Shown here: positions 1 to 11,600 of the stretch, one piece after another | How the letters are laid out: each line of letters starts with the position of its first letter | Position numbering within the stretch: position 1 is the stretch's first letter | Assembly (NCBI GenBank): GCA_013115125.1 | Contig: JABANN010000298.1 | Coordinates: 1 to 41,523, forward strand | Reading direction: 5' to 3' | DNA: 41,523 nt | DNA from: Perkinsus olseni | Lineage: Eukaryota | The notes under the pieces: generated by a model | What the model was told of the DNA's origin: nothing | Database searches by the model: none | What the model saw: the letters and a program-made list of their open reading frames with translations, nothing else | Position numbers and translations under genes: made by a program

Positions 1-13
1 TGCTCGCCGAGCA

Positions 14-715
14 ATGCTCGGGTTTCAGGTTTGGTGTTTTCCTTCCCGCACTCCCGTATTCTTTGGGATTTTACGTGTCATCTGTACTCTGCTGCTTTGT
101 CTGAGCAGTTCCATATCGCAGCTTTTCGTCTCAGCAGGAGCCGTGGAGAATAATTTTGACCCGGCTGTCGATTACTATCGAGTGCTGGGCGTCGATGAAA
201 GGGCAAGTGCTGCGGACATCAAACACTCGTACAAAAACCTTGCTAGAAAATACCATCCCGACGTTAGCTCAGAGCCAGACGCCACCTCTCACTTCGCGGT
301 GATCAATGAGGCTTACGAAGTCCTCGGCAATGAGCGGACACGATCGGACTATGATGCAGCTCGAGCCTTCGGGAAGCCACAGTATGCTCAATTTGGTGAT
401 GCGTACAGAGGCGGTCGAGGAGGACGAGGGAGACCGACGAGATACACCTACGTCCATCGGTATCAGAGCCCGGGTGAGTATTACGAGTTCGTCGACCCGA
501 GGGACTTGTACGATTTTTACGCCTCTAACGAAAGAGCGAGACGGAGCGGTAGTTATCATCGAAACACCGATTTCGATCATGCCGGAAACCACAACGCTCT
601 CAAGTTTTACGATGTGGTTAACAGCAAGCTGTTGGACATTTTAACGCCGATTTGCATTCTCTTTACTGAGCTGCTGGTAGTACATACGATTCTGAAGGCT
701 GTTCTCGTCCGCTGA
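14..715 (+). CDS. DnaJ/Hsp40 J-domain protein (class C type)
   Basis: Canonical J-domain DYYRVLGV...IKHSYKNLARKYHPD...FAVINEAYEVLG...RSDYD with an intact HPD motif, followed by a G/R/Y-rich region. The N- and C-terminal parts may contain small introns, and the true start may lie outside the window. Confidence 0.9.
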   Translation: MLGFQVWCFPSRTPVFFGILRVICTLLLCLSSSISQLFVSAGAVENNFDPAVDYYRVLGVDERASAADIKHSYKNLARKYHPDVSSEPDATSHFAVINEAYEVLGNERTRSDYDAARAFGKPQYAQFGDAYRGGRGGRGRPTRYTYVHRYQSPGEYYEFVDPRDLYDFYASNERARRSGSYHRNTDFDHAGNHNALKFYDVVNSKLLDILTPICILFTELLVVHTILKAVLVR

Positions 716-875
716 GTTTGTATAATATAACGTTTCGTGAGTGTTCCTATTTCAGTGCTGCCATCTCGGTGAGCTTGTGTTCCGCAGTTCATCATGATGG
801 GGGAGAGCTGACTGTGGGAGGGAAGCGTTTGATCTTTTCGGTAGTGCATCGCGTCATTGACGCTCTCCCTTCGTC

Positions 876-3800
876 ATGGAGGAGTCGCTCGCGTCGCTCA
901 AGAACGAGCTGAATCTGCTCAAGGAGAAATACGTTTTCGGCGAATCCGTAGACCCAGTATTCGAAGGGACGGTCCGGCAGTTTTTGCAGTTCGACAACAC
1001 CCTACAGGTAGCGGACATGAGAGCGGCATTGCCCTCAACTGTGTCTCTCGTGCAGGAGATTTACCGCTCCGTGGACGTCTACATTCGCTCAACTGAGAAC
1101 CTGTGTGCTGGCATAATGCAACTCTCGGAGACGATGGTCAACGGGATGGGGAAAATGGTACTACAGGGTGCCGACTTAAAAAGGCAAACCCCTCATGAAT
1201 ACGGAGATAGGGAGGCCGCGGTATCGCTTGCCGAAGCCTTCTGTCAATGGCTTGTGTCTCGCTTTGAGTTCCCTTTCTAACGTGGGCGGGCGTCGCTTGC
1301 AGCCTTCTCTGTGCAGGAAGACCCGCTGATAGCCAGTGATACGTTGAAGATGCGAGAGGCTGCGAATGGCATTGGACGGTACTATCGGCACATACGGCTG
1401 CGGAGCGGGCCCGGGTGCGGCATACATCGTGTGTGTCAGAGCGGACGCGCCCCACTCCAGTTTAGCGAAGTTCAAACGGGACATCGATTATAACGTTGTG
1501 AACCCTATAAGGCTCCACCTCATTAACAATCGGTCTCTGAAGGGCAGCTTGGAACTCCGGAGGTAGAGCTCTGTGGCACACTAGTGATGTCCTCATGTCT
1601 AACGGGCAGGCGGAAGCTGCTCGAGTTCACCACGGCTGACAAGGCCTTGGAGGAATGCAAGTCGAAGAGGCTACGTCCGGGTGATAGGAAATACGACGAT
1701 TGCAAGGCCGCACGCGACCTGTCAAAACGAGAGTTCTTGGAGATAGACAGACAAGTACTGTACCAGGGGCTTGTGGACGTTGCCTTGTTACGTCCCGATG
1801 AGGTCTTTTCTGATGCCTTCCATAGGTTTTTGAATGGTTATACACCCTAGAGGAGTATAAAGGCGACGTACTGGACAGCACGTTGCAGACTCTAAAGTAG
1901 ATCCCCGGTACACGGTGACTCACGCTTGATCCTCAGCTTGTCGTCCCTTTGGCCACTTATCACTCTCTACCTATTCGTGTTACCATCTCTGTCGAATTTA
2001 TCTTCCACGCAATCACCACCACTTCAGATACCTGCAGTATGAGTTCTTCGCTTCATCCGCTCACGCCGTTGCCAACGTGTTGCCCACACGGTGAGTTGCC
2101 CGACCTCCTCCATTCGCCGTCTATTCACTCCGGGTCGTATGGTTGGGTCTATCGTCACTCTACGGCTTTAGGATGGAGTTCCGGCCGATGGTGGAAATGA
2201 CACCACAGTTTTTGGAGAGGCAGATCCAGCTTTCAATGGAGGTAGAATACTCTTGCGTATGCTTATCCCGGCCACAGGATGCCTGTGTATTGACTTATAG
2301 GAGGAGGATCTGCAAGAGAGCGATAAGAGCAGCGACGAGAACTCTTCATCAGAAAATGAGCTCAGAGGTCGTCAGCCAGACAGACGCGTGGGCTCTGCTA
2401 ACGATCGTTCCTGTCAGGCATAGGGGGAGGTCGCCATGGACCACTGAGTAACTTCTCAGACCGTCTTCTCGAGAAGATGCAGAAAGATGTACGCCTTGTC
2501 GAATGACGGAGGTTACGGATTGCTGTCCGCTTGGTCAGGGCCTGGCTCCTGCGTCGGAACCTGCTATAGCAGCGGACCCCCTGTCTTTATGCTCCCTGAT
2601 GAGCCAAGGCAAGTACATTGCAGAGGCTCCCTCGTGTTTCGACGCTGAGCGCTGAACGCGCTAATTCCCAACATGCCACCAGTTGCAGGTGACCTGTATT
2701 CACTCTATCTCCGCTGCTTAGGGTTCGAAGAGGCGTCGGCTCGGAAGGCTCTACGGCATTGCCATAATGACACTCAGGCAGCTCTCGACTACCTTATCGG
2801 TCGACAGCATGAGAGCATGGGCAGAGCCGGACAGAGGCCCACCTCCCAAGGTGGGTGGGGTAGTCGTGAACCGGCTCCTGTTGGCCTAGATGTCGCTCGC
2901 TTAAAATTGAATCGCTAATCCTAAGCGAGATTCATTGGCAGTTTCTGCCGGAAATGATGGTGCGCTCAGTATATTATTGTTGACTCATTTGTAGGTGATG
3001 ATATTGACGAAGATGATGAAGGTGTGCCCCATACTGAAGTCAGAATGCCGACTACTACGAAGTGAGCGGGCAGTAGAATTCACTCGAAAGTGTGCTCTGC
3101 GAACTATCAAATTAATTGCACTGCACTGTCGCCTGTTCCTGCACGGATTTTTCAGGCGTATCGAAAAATTAAAGGAGACCAAACGGAGAGTGATGGAGAA
3201 GCGGGAGGAGCGGAAACGTATAAAAGACGAGGTGGATAGGGAGATGAAGGAGAGGCGAAAGGTGGGCTTGGCTCGGAGTGGGCGTCATCGTAGCGTGAGG
3301 TGTGGCCCTCCGCTAGTGTCGCAGGCGTATCATGAAGTTAGTCTTCTGTTGTAGGCGAAAGAGGATCGAGACAGGAGGCGTAGAAGACGACATAAAAGGC
3401 GGAAGGCACGGGATATGGAGCATAGCGAGAGCCGCTCTGATGCCTCTGGCACACAAGTAGGGTGTCACTTTGTGGGTAAGGCAGGAGCACGCTGATAGAT
3501 GACCACTTGCCGCGCGAACACACGTGATGAGTCCCAGTCTCGGAATTTGGCTCTAGTATTCCATGAAATAGTGGGAACTGCTGCACGTTAATATGGAGAG
3601 ATGCAGATCTACTATTCCAATCCCCTTCGTCCCCTCGACCTCAGTCTCGATTGGGAGCGCACGGCGGGTGCGTTTTACGACCTTGAGGAGTAGAAACACT
3701 GCGGACAAATCCTCTGAGATTTTCCAGCGGATGTGCATACCGGAACTTTGCTGAGACGAGCCCTGGAATACTCTAGCTGTTATAGAAACGAGGCCTGCAT

Positions 3801-4932
3801 TCGTCGCTCTGCTAAATGCCCGTTCACTGCCAGTTACGGATCGAATTGCGTGGTCCTTTCTCAGTCCTCTCACCGTGGTAAAGTACAGTTTTCTGATCGC
3901 TCGCGATCGTCGAGTAGCTCAGTCGACGTGAATACTCGGCGATCTGGCGGCAGTGATCACGACAGTTCCAGTTGTTCTGGTGGAACTGAACGGGTGACGA
4001 TCAACGATGTGAGATCGCGCCATTGGAGCACTCCTCCGGGTTATTAGGATGTGGCACTTCCCGCTTAGGTGACAGCCTCGGCAGATCTCTTAGAGATGCG
4101 TGAGTCCCCCTCGGGAGGTTCCTCCGCTGTGAGGAGGACACCGCCGACACCCGACCATCACAACAGCTCGGCTCATGATCTGTTGCAGCTCGGTGACCCT
4201 GGCTATAATGACACCCAGAAGGACACTACATCGGTGAGTACAAACCGGCAGTGCACTTGAAGAGTTTGGGCATCCTCATCTGAGACGGGCTCGCCATCCG
4301 CTGTCGGGATTCTCCTATGGGAATTGCATACCGCGGGTTCATCATCGTCAGGTTTCTCTGGTCGCCAGCGGCCCGTTGATCGGCGACATGGATTCCTTCA
4401 GTGAGGAGCCCATCAGCTTCGATCCTCTTGCACCATCCTCTGCGAACTCTGTTGGGACCGGGAGTGTGCACACGATTGGAGGTAGAGACTTTCCTGTTTG
4501 GCTACTGGATGCGTCCAAGCTACGTCGTGTTCCGAACTCGCTCGTATTGTTACGAAATTCTGGCGGTTCGCGGGAGCCAAGGGGTGTGAATTTTTTTAGA
4601 GGTCATTGATGAATCGATTCTCAAACTCAGCATTCGGTGCCACATTCCACGTGTAAAAATCAATCCCAGAATCGATTCTGAGTTTCAGAATTACCTAACG
4701 TAACGGGGAGTCAGGTTCCGTGGAGGCAGCACAAGATCGCCGTGGAAGGACACCACTACCTTTGCTGACAGGGGATGAAGCTAGCGTAGCTGTCGCGAGG
4801 GCACGGCAGAAGGTAAGCTTCGAGCAATCATAAGCTCGTGCCTCCACAAGCTATGCGCATTCGTTGCCACCCCGATAGGTGCCAGAAGTGAGTAGCAGCA
4901 GCAGTAGTGATGAGAGCGATAGGCTCAGCTGA
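876..4932 (+). CDS. Multi-exon BAR-domain protein with central UBA domain, coiled coil and low-complexity C-terminus
   Basis: Splicing (e.g. introns 1008-1055 and 1158-1316) gives ~230 aa of helical sequence with BAR-like patterning (IDYNVVNPIRLHLINNRSLKGSLELRRRKLLEFTTA...TLKYLQYEFFASSAHAV). The UBA reads LMSQGFEEASARKALRHCHNDTQAALDYLIG across intron 2609-2721. A charged coiled coil lies at ~3150-3260 and the last exon ends at TGA 4930-4932. Middle and 3' exons are less certain. Confidence 0.7.
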
Positions 4933-5184
4933 AACGCCTCGAGCTGGATGGCGACTTTATGATGGGTGGTTCATCGAATGTGTGTGTCTTGTGGCCTACT
5001 GAACACATTTCTGCTTCCAACGTGTTTAGTTTACGGTCGGCGGATTCAGTCCCGGATCGATGGCCCCCGCTGTTAGAGATGTACTCTCACGTAATTTTTA
5101 CTGCATTCAAACGAGCATCAAACCCTCGTGCTCTGTTGTGGTGGGAACACAAGCAAAGTTGGAGTATTGAAGAAAAATCGTCAA

Positions 5185-8100
5185 TCAGCCCATCTCGACG
5201 TCACCTATCATATCCTTAACGATACTTCGTACCAGAGCTGCGCAGCTGAAGAGTTTTGGGCTCCCTCGAAGATCCCCGAATCCGGCAGGTCTCAGAATTT
5301 GATACAAAGCTAGGCTCAGTCGCCGCATGTTCGGCAAGTCGAATTTATCGGACTCCTTCTGGATCCGCCTCAAGGCTAGTCGAATGCCCGCGAGAATGAC
5401 TCTGAGAAAGAAAGCAGCCGCTGGTGTTACACGCGCAGTCGCCTCGACTCACCCCATCTCATTCGAGTCACTCTCGTCACCTCCGAAAACGAACGCAGCG
5501 CTTTGAAGAAACCTCTGGATGAACTCCTCATGTGCCTTCCCATCCATCAAGAATTCATATGCCTGCTTCGAACATCTCAGCCAAGGTGTGGTGACACGAT
5601 GCCGAAGCATGCTCACCCGATCAGCTTCCTCGTAGAGCACGAGCTCGGCCGATTGCTTGGCTTCCAATGAGCGTAGAGCCTCGAGGTCCTCTGGCGGTGA
5701 CGGAGCTGATCGTTATGTGAAGGAGGGCCGTGCGAGGAATTGCAGGTTCCTCAAACCTTACTCTCTTCCGTAGGGGTCTTACTGGACGTGGCCACCGCAC
5801 TCGAATTACTCGGACTTGAGTCGATAGGCAACTGAAATGAATAGCAAGCCGGTTAGAGAAGGACACACAACAGCGGAGACGGCGATGCTGGCCCGAAAGG
5901 AAGGAGCCCGAACTCAGAGAGCGTATAAGCTCACCGCTCGAGATCCTGCCTCCGGCATGTAAATGTCGGACTCTGGCAGCATGCGAGTGATGGTTGCTCT
6001 GTACAGGTCGCCGGGTTTGAAGCTCCCATGTGTCCGTCTCGAATGTCTCGTGGAGTGCTCGTCAGGAGGAGTGTGGCCGCGAACTCGACTAGAACCCGCA
6101 TAAACAGGACTTCGGCTACGTGCCTGAGTGATTTTTCCTATGGACACCACGGGTGAAGCGGGAGGTCATAGACACTCACCTTAGGCGATGCAGAGCGATC
6201 AAGCGAAGCTGTTCGGCGGGAAGAGCTCCTGCTCCGCGTCCTCACACGCGCCCTCGCACCGGAACTTTCGGATTTTTCCTAAGTGTCCAACTCGAGCAGC
6301 TGATGGACCGCTGAAGGCGAGGCTTACCTTAACGGTTGCCGCGTCAAGAACCTGTCGCATGCCCGGGGGCAATGGCTGTCGATCCTTATGCGCCTTCGCC
6401 GCCTGCTCCACCTCCCATCCAACCGCTTCCATATACTCCTGAGAATCACCCGGCCTTGATGCGATGTGAGATGCTGCCTCGAGTGAACGGCACCTTCTCG
6501 TGCTCGGGCCGAGGCTTGTTCCACAACCTCACCGACTCGAACTTGGAGTAGCCGTCATCGTAGGGCAAGAGTGAGGAAGAAGGAAAGCCTTGGGTGTCCA
6601 CTTTCTCGTTAAGAGTAAAGAACATGACCTGACCAAGACAAAACTATCATGACATACATAGCCGAGAAGAGGCAACATTTCGATCAGGACTAGCATGAAG
6701 GACGCGGCTAAAGTGAAGCATCCGATCTAGGCAGCACGGAAGGCGACGGTCCTACCTCCCAGTGATGAGCATGCCTGGGGTTCTCCCGAACCAGGATGAC
6801 GGGCCGGGCTGGATATGCTTCTGACACTCTCCCATCATCTTCGAGGACGCTGAGGGGTTGAACACTCACCAAACGCCCACAACAGCTGCGCCTGCCTCAC
6901 TCTGGGCGATCTTTGCAGTAGGCGATATCCCCAGCCTTGAAAGGGTAATTAGAAAAGTCCGTATGATGCTGTCGGCTGGTGCGCGTTGACATTCGCAAGA
7001 ACGTTGGGACGCGCTGCAGCACGGTGACGAGCCTCAGGCCCAGGTTGGGTCGGGTGTAACGATGGCAGTCCCAACACATCAGTCCGGACCCCTTACTCGA
7101 CTAAGCAACGCGATCCCAGTCCGCGGTCACAGAAATATGATCCGACAATCTCGTGGCCGAGCTCTACGCTCACACATGGCTTCATACAGTAATGAGGGCG
7201 GAGGACTGAGAGAGACGCCCTCGAACCGGACACGTGGATCAGCGATGGGCAGGCAGGAAGGCTTCGTTCCTCGGGCCGGGCAGCACACCCTCCCCAGGGA
7301 CATAACGTAGTGACCTGAATGAGACCAAAGGCGGACAGCCGACCAGAAGGCAGGCAACCCACATGGCTTAGGAGAGTACACGTATCGGCCGAAGCAGTGC
7401 TTAGCGCAAAAGAGCACCTCGCCAGCAGGCCCCAGTTTGCACACGATCTTACTCGGCGTCTGATACTAGCGATGCCGATCACTCAGGATCACATGGAGGC
7501 GCTCACACAGTAAGGAGAGCCCAAAGTGGGTTTGGGGACAGGGGAGGGCAGCTGTATGTCACCATCAGCATTCCATTCACTAGTCGTCTCCTTTGGGGAA
7601 TGGTGGAAATCAATGCTCGGCAGGTGAGGCACGACTGAGACCCGAGGCCGCTGGACGATACAGTGCAGCAGCACTAGAGGCTAACCCGCCTTCTAACCAG
7701 GTTTGGGTAATAAGTTGACCATGCTGAACATCGCCTCCATCGCTGTAATCCTGCGGGCAGTATCCGAGGGATTAACAAGGAATTCTGGCAGACACCGAGG
7801 AGCTCACTCGAGGGCCGGTAACGCAAACTGTGAATTGAATCTTCTGTACGACGCAGTGCCATGCTACCATCGCGACGTACAATAGCATTGGCACTGATAG
7901 TAACAGCCGAGGGAGTTCGACCAGCCGTCCGGGAAACGATTGATGATGAACGCAGGCCCGTCCTCTGAAGGCGGGAAGAACACCAGGAGGGCAACGAGAC
8001 CACTTGCCAGAAATGTTCAACATAAGCACGGTCACCGCTAGGCCCATTATTAGAGCGCTGTACCCCCCGCTAGCGTAGAACCCAGCAGTCGCCAGTAAGA

Positions 8101-8241
8101 ACCATGCTCGGTGAAAAAGGGACAGCCCGATCGTAAAATCTCTTCCACTTGACAGATTTTTAAAGCCTCCATTTCAGCCGCTGAGTCCCCGATTGGGGTC
8201 CAATCATTCAGTAGAGGGCTGCGGTCCTGACTATGCTCCAT
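5185..8241 (-). CDS. Multi-exon hypothetical protein with divergent PWWP/Tudor-like domain and Cys-rich segment
   Basis: A chain of minus-strand exons with GT-AG boundaries runs from ATG 8241 to TGA 5185. The spliced segment at ~6420-6950 reads PFKAGDIAYCK...AYPARPVILV...HWEVMFFT...SSLLPYDDG...EYMEAV, which follows the PWWP layout. Upstream Cys motifs are CAKHC and CWDCH. Confidence 0.55.
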
Positions 8242-8617
8242 CTACGGCTGGGAGATTCACAGTGAGCTGATATCCATCACAAAGCGATGTCAGACTAAAG
8301 GGAAACCCTTGTCGAGAGAACACGCCCTGCGCAGAACAGCAGCCTATCGTGTCCCGATAACTAGTACCATTTTCCCATCCTCCGTACCTCGATTATCCGA
8401 CTAACATGAGGCCTCAGGGCAACCGAGCGAGAGGTCACGACCTCGCAGAGGTTGCTGTGGATGGACGATCCGAAAATCGCCATCGTGAGGAAGAGACGCG
8501 GCATTAGACGCGCTGCTCGCAACAGAAACTGCACGAAAACTGCGTGAACGGGAGTCGCTTCGCTCCGCCAGAAATTCGTGCTGCACTGGTCTCAAGTCCC
8601 CAAGCGCCTTAGCGTTC
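8242..8617. promoter_or_regulatory. Short divergent intergenic region (putative bidirectional promoter)
   Basis: 376 nt between head-to-head start codons at 8241 (-) and 8618 (+). No specific motif was identified. Confidence 0.35.
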
Positions 8618-11600
8618 ATGTCAACAGCGAGTCCTCCTCCAGCAACTCCCCCGCCAGAAGCGGGTGCGCAGGAAGCCCCGAAGACCCCCGAGGAGCCCCC
8701 CTCTCCCGCCGAACCTGAGGTCTCCGAGCATCAATTGATAAGGAACGACTATGCTGGACTGATCATTGGTGAGCAACTTTCCATCAATGCTACTTTCGCT
8801 ACTGCAACCGCCACAACCACTGGGCAACATCTATTAGAGAATGGCCCTTCGTGTTTTGAGTTATGAGTAACGGTCCTGGCACGAGATGCTTGGGCTTGGC
8901 AGCAGCAGTTAGCGTTGGGGATCTCAATGGTGTGACAACCACCTGAGGATGAACCATACTGGTCGAAGAGGGGCCCATCGACCGACTCTCTGACGGACAG
9001 GGACCTCATAGCTTCGTCCCTTGAAGGGAAGGACGTCCTGCACGTTGGCTTGTGTGTTCAGGGAGGAACGGCGAGAGGATCAGTGGCATCCAGAACGAGA
9101 GTGGGGCCCACGTCCAGATCGACAGGGCCCCGGACGCCATGAATATGCGGCGTATCGATGTCGACGGGCCCAGGTCGAAGGTGGACAGGGCAATGGAGAT
9201 GATCAAATCAGCGATCGCTGTAAGGAGGGTGGCCCTGCTGTCTTTCCAGATGGTATTGCCTTTTGTAGGAGGCTGTTCGACGCGAGAGATCGAGAAGCCC
9301 CGGCCGCAGTCAGGGCACGAGCTCGAACCCTCGACCGATGACTCCACCACCGCCGCCTCCACCTGTGTCGATGTCTGCTCCTCCTCCGCCCCCTCCGCCA
9401 CCACCACCGGCAGAGCACCCCAGAATCAACAACCACATGCCCTATGAGAAGGTGATTCTCTCCGCTCTGCTACGTCGACCATCATTGTCCTTCTACAGCC
9501 TCATCGCATTATGCTTGAATTCGTGTCAACTTGGTTTCGTGTCAGATCTATGTGGATGAGTTAGACTTGAAGAATCGGTATGGAGGCGACCCCTACACCA
9601 CCACCGGCGTACCGTCGGACGACGAGCTCTTCATCCGGAACCTGCCCACCTCCCTCAGTGACAATGTAGCGATCATCACCGGTCACTCGCTTAGTATATT
9701 ATGTGGCGCATCATGTGAATCATTTCTTTTTCTAATCAACAGCAGTGTGGACATAGGGAATACTACTACTGGCATTGATGATAGGATTGCTCTGAGGCTT
9801 TTGCGTTGTTCAAATTGGTCAGCGGTTCGAGGTTGCCTCGGTGTGGCCGCTTGGCATGATAATAGAAGCTTGTGGTGCATCTTCAGAATCTTCGCTGTGC
9901 GCGAGTATCTTTACGTCGTGGACTAGTGGATCAATGCTGTGTGTGGATATTCTGGATTGATATGTCGTCTCCCTTGCAGGATATCGGTGTATCGTTGTCC
10001 AAGTATGGGAGTATCATGGAAGTCTTCACTGTGCGGGACGGCGGGGCCAACCCGACCGATTCTCGCGGAGAGGCCTACGTCCTGTTCGAGACGCATGACG
10101 GCGCGTCGGCGTGTAAGGCCGCGATCGACGGCAAGTATGCTTCTGAGGTCATCACCGGTGCGTCGTCCACTGAGCAGCCTCTGGTGGTGACTTTCTCGGA
10201 CAGCCAGCGCATGCTGCAGGGCTCCATGGGCGCCTACCTCCACGATAATATTTTTAGTCGACTCATGGGCCCGTCAGGGATGAATGTCAAGCAGATTGCG
10301 TCCCTTTGCAAGGCTAGGGTGACTCTTGCCGCTAGAAGTATGAAGAACTTTGGCTCGGTCTTTACGGATCCTAGAGTCCATATTATGGTCTACTACGACA
10401 GCGGCCGGCCTACTCCTCAACCGAAGGAGCTGGTACTCCAACAGGCTAGGGAAGAGTTTACCAAGCTGGTTGATCATGTGTTACAATGGACGAAGGAGAC
10501 CAAGCCAGTGGTGCACAGGAGTGGGGGTAAAGGTTATGGTAGGGCTGTACAACCTCCTCCACCTCCCCCGCCCAGTGGAGGTCAGCCTCCCCCGCCTCCG
10601 CCGCCCCCTATGGGTGGTGTGCTTCCGCCACCACCTGCTATTGGTGGCCCTAATGGTATCCCTCCCAATGGCGATGCACCTCTTGCCACAACTCCAGTGA
10701 TGGTGACGCTAAAGAACCCTCCTGGATTGGACGTGAGCGAGCTATCAACACTGAGATCCGAAGGGGAGCAGTTTTATCTGTCCAAGCCGGATGCAGCCTC
10801 GCCCACTGAGCGTGGATGGAAGTGCACACCACTACGATGGTCCAATGAGAAGGAGCCCTTCGTCATCCTCCAGCACAAGCAGACCGGGCGTCTTCGTATG
10901 TGCGTATCGAGGACCGACAGCCCGATGGAGGTCTGGCCCACGATGTTCGAGACGAGGGACGATCAGGCCTTAGCCGAGTCCAAGCTGGTACCGATGATGC
11001 TGAGAGCACCTCTTACACCGGGGGAGACGGCAGAGTCCCCTGGACAGTACCTGATGATAGTGTTGGCTATTCATCGCCCCACTGGTGCCGGTAGGGTCTT
11101 CCAGGTCAGTGCGCCGAATCAACCCTGGGTACCTCTTCGGGACATCACCCCCGACGAGGAGTGGTCAGTGACCCCTGGCGCTCGCTGCAACGTCAGAGTC
11201 ACTCCGGTCTACATGCAGGGTCGGACCTTTGTCCTCATCCAGGACGGTGACGCCTGCTCACTACGCGAGATTTGCGACCCGACAGCTCCCTGGGTGAAGG
11301 TGAACAGTTCTATCGCTAATGGGGATGTGGACGTCTCCTGCAAGCTGAAGATACTCTACGTCATCCCCCCGCGTCCTGCCCCAACCTCATCATCGGAAGG
11401 AGGGGCGGAGGAGCACCCATCAGTTGGTAACTTTCATACTTACGTGGCCTGGATAGCCGGTGGCATGCTGCGTATCGCCAAGTTGCCCCAGTTCAGCGCG
11501 CTGGCCACGGACTCATGGCAGAGGGTAGCAGCCGTTACGCTCAATACCTCCCCCCACACGCGTATCGCCCCCGTGTATCTTCCCTACTTGCCGGAGCCTC

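Noticed and set aside
1158-1280. ORF 876-1280 as a standalone 134-aa gene
   Set aside because: The 3' part is read-through into intron 1158-1316, and splicing continues the BAR domain in frame.
9820-9845. GGTTCGA T-loop-like heptamers (also ~27760 and ~38040) as tRNA genes
   Set aside because: No cloverleaf stems or D-loop/A-box context around them.
9872-9979. N-terminus of the 1139-aa ORF as a true start
   Set aside because: It lies in the intron that splits the RRM. The real gene begins at 8618.
10550-10640. CCN-rich repeats as microsatellite or array
   Set aside because: They are simply poly-proline codons within the KH/RRM protein.
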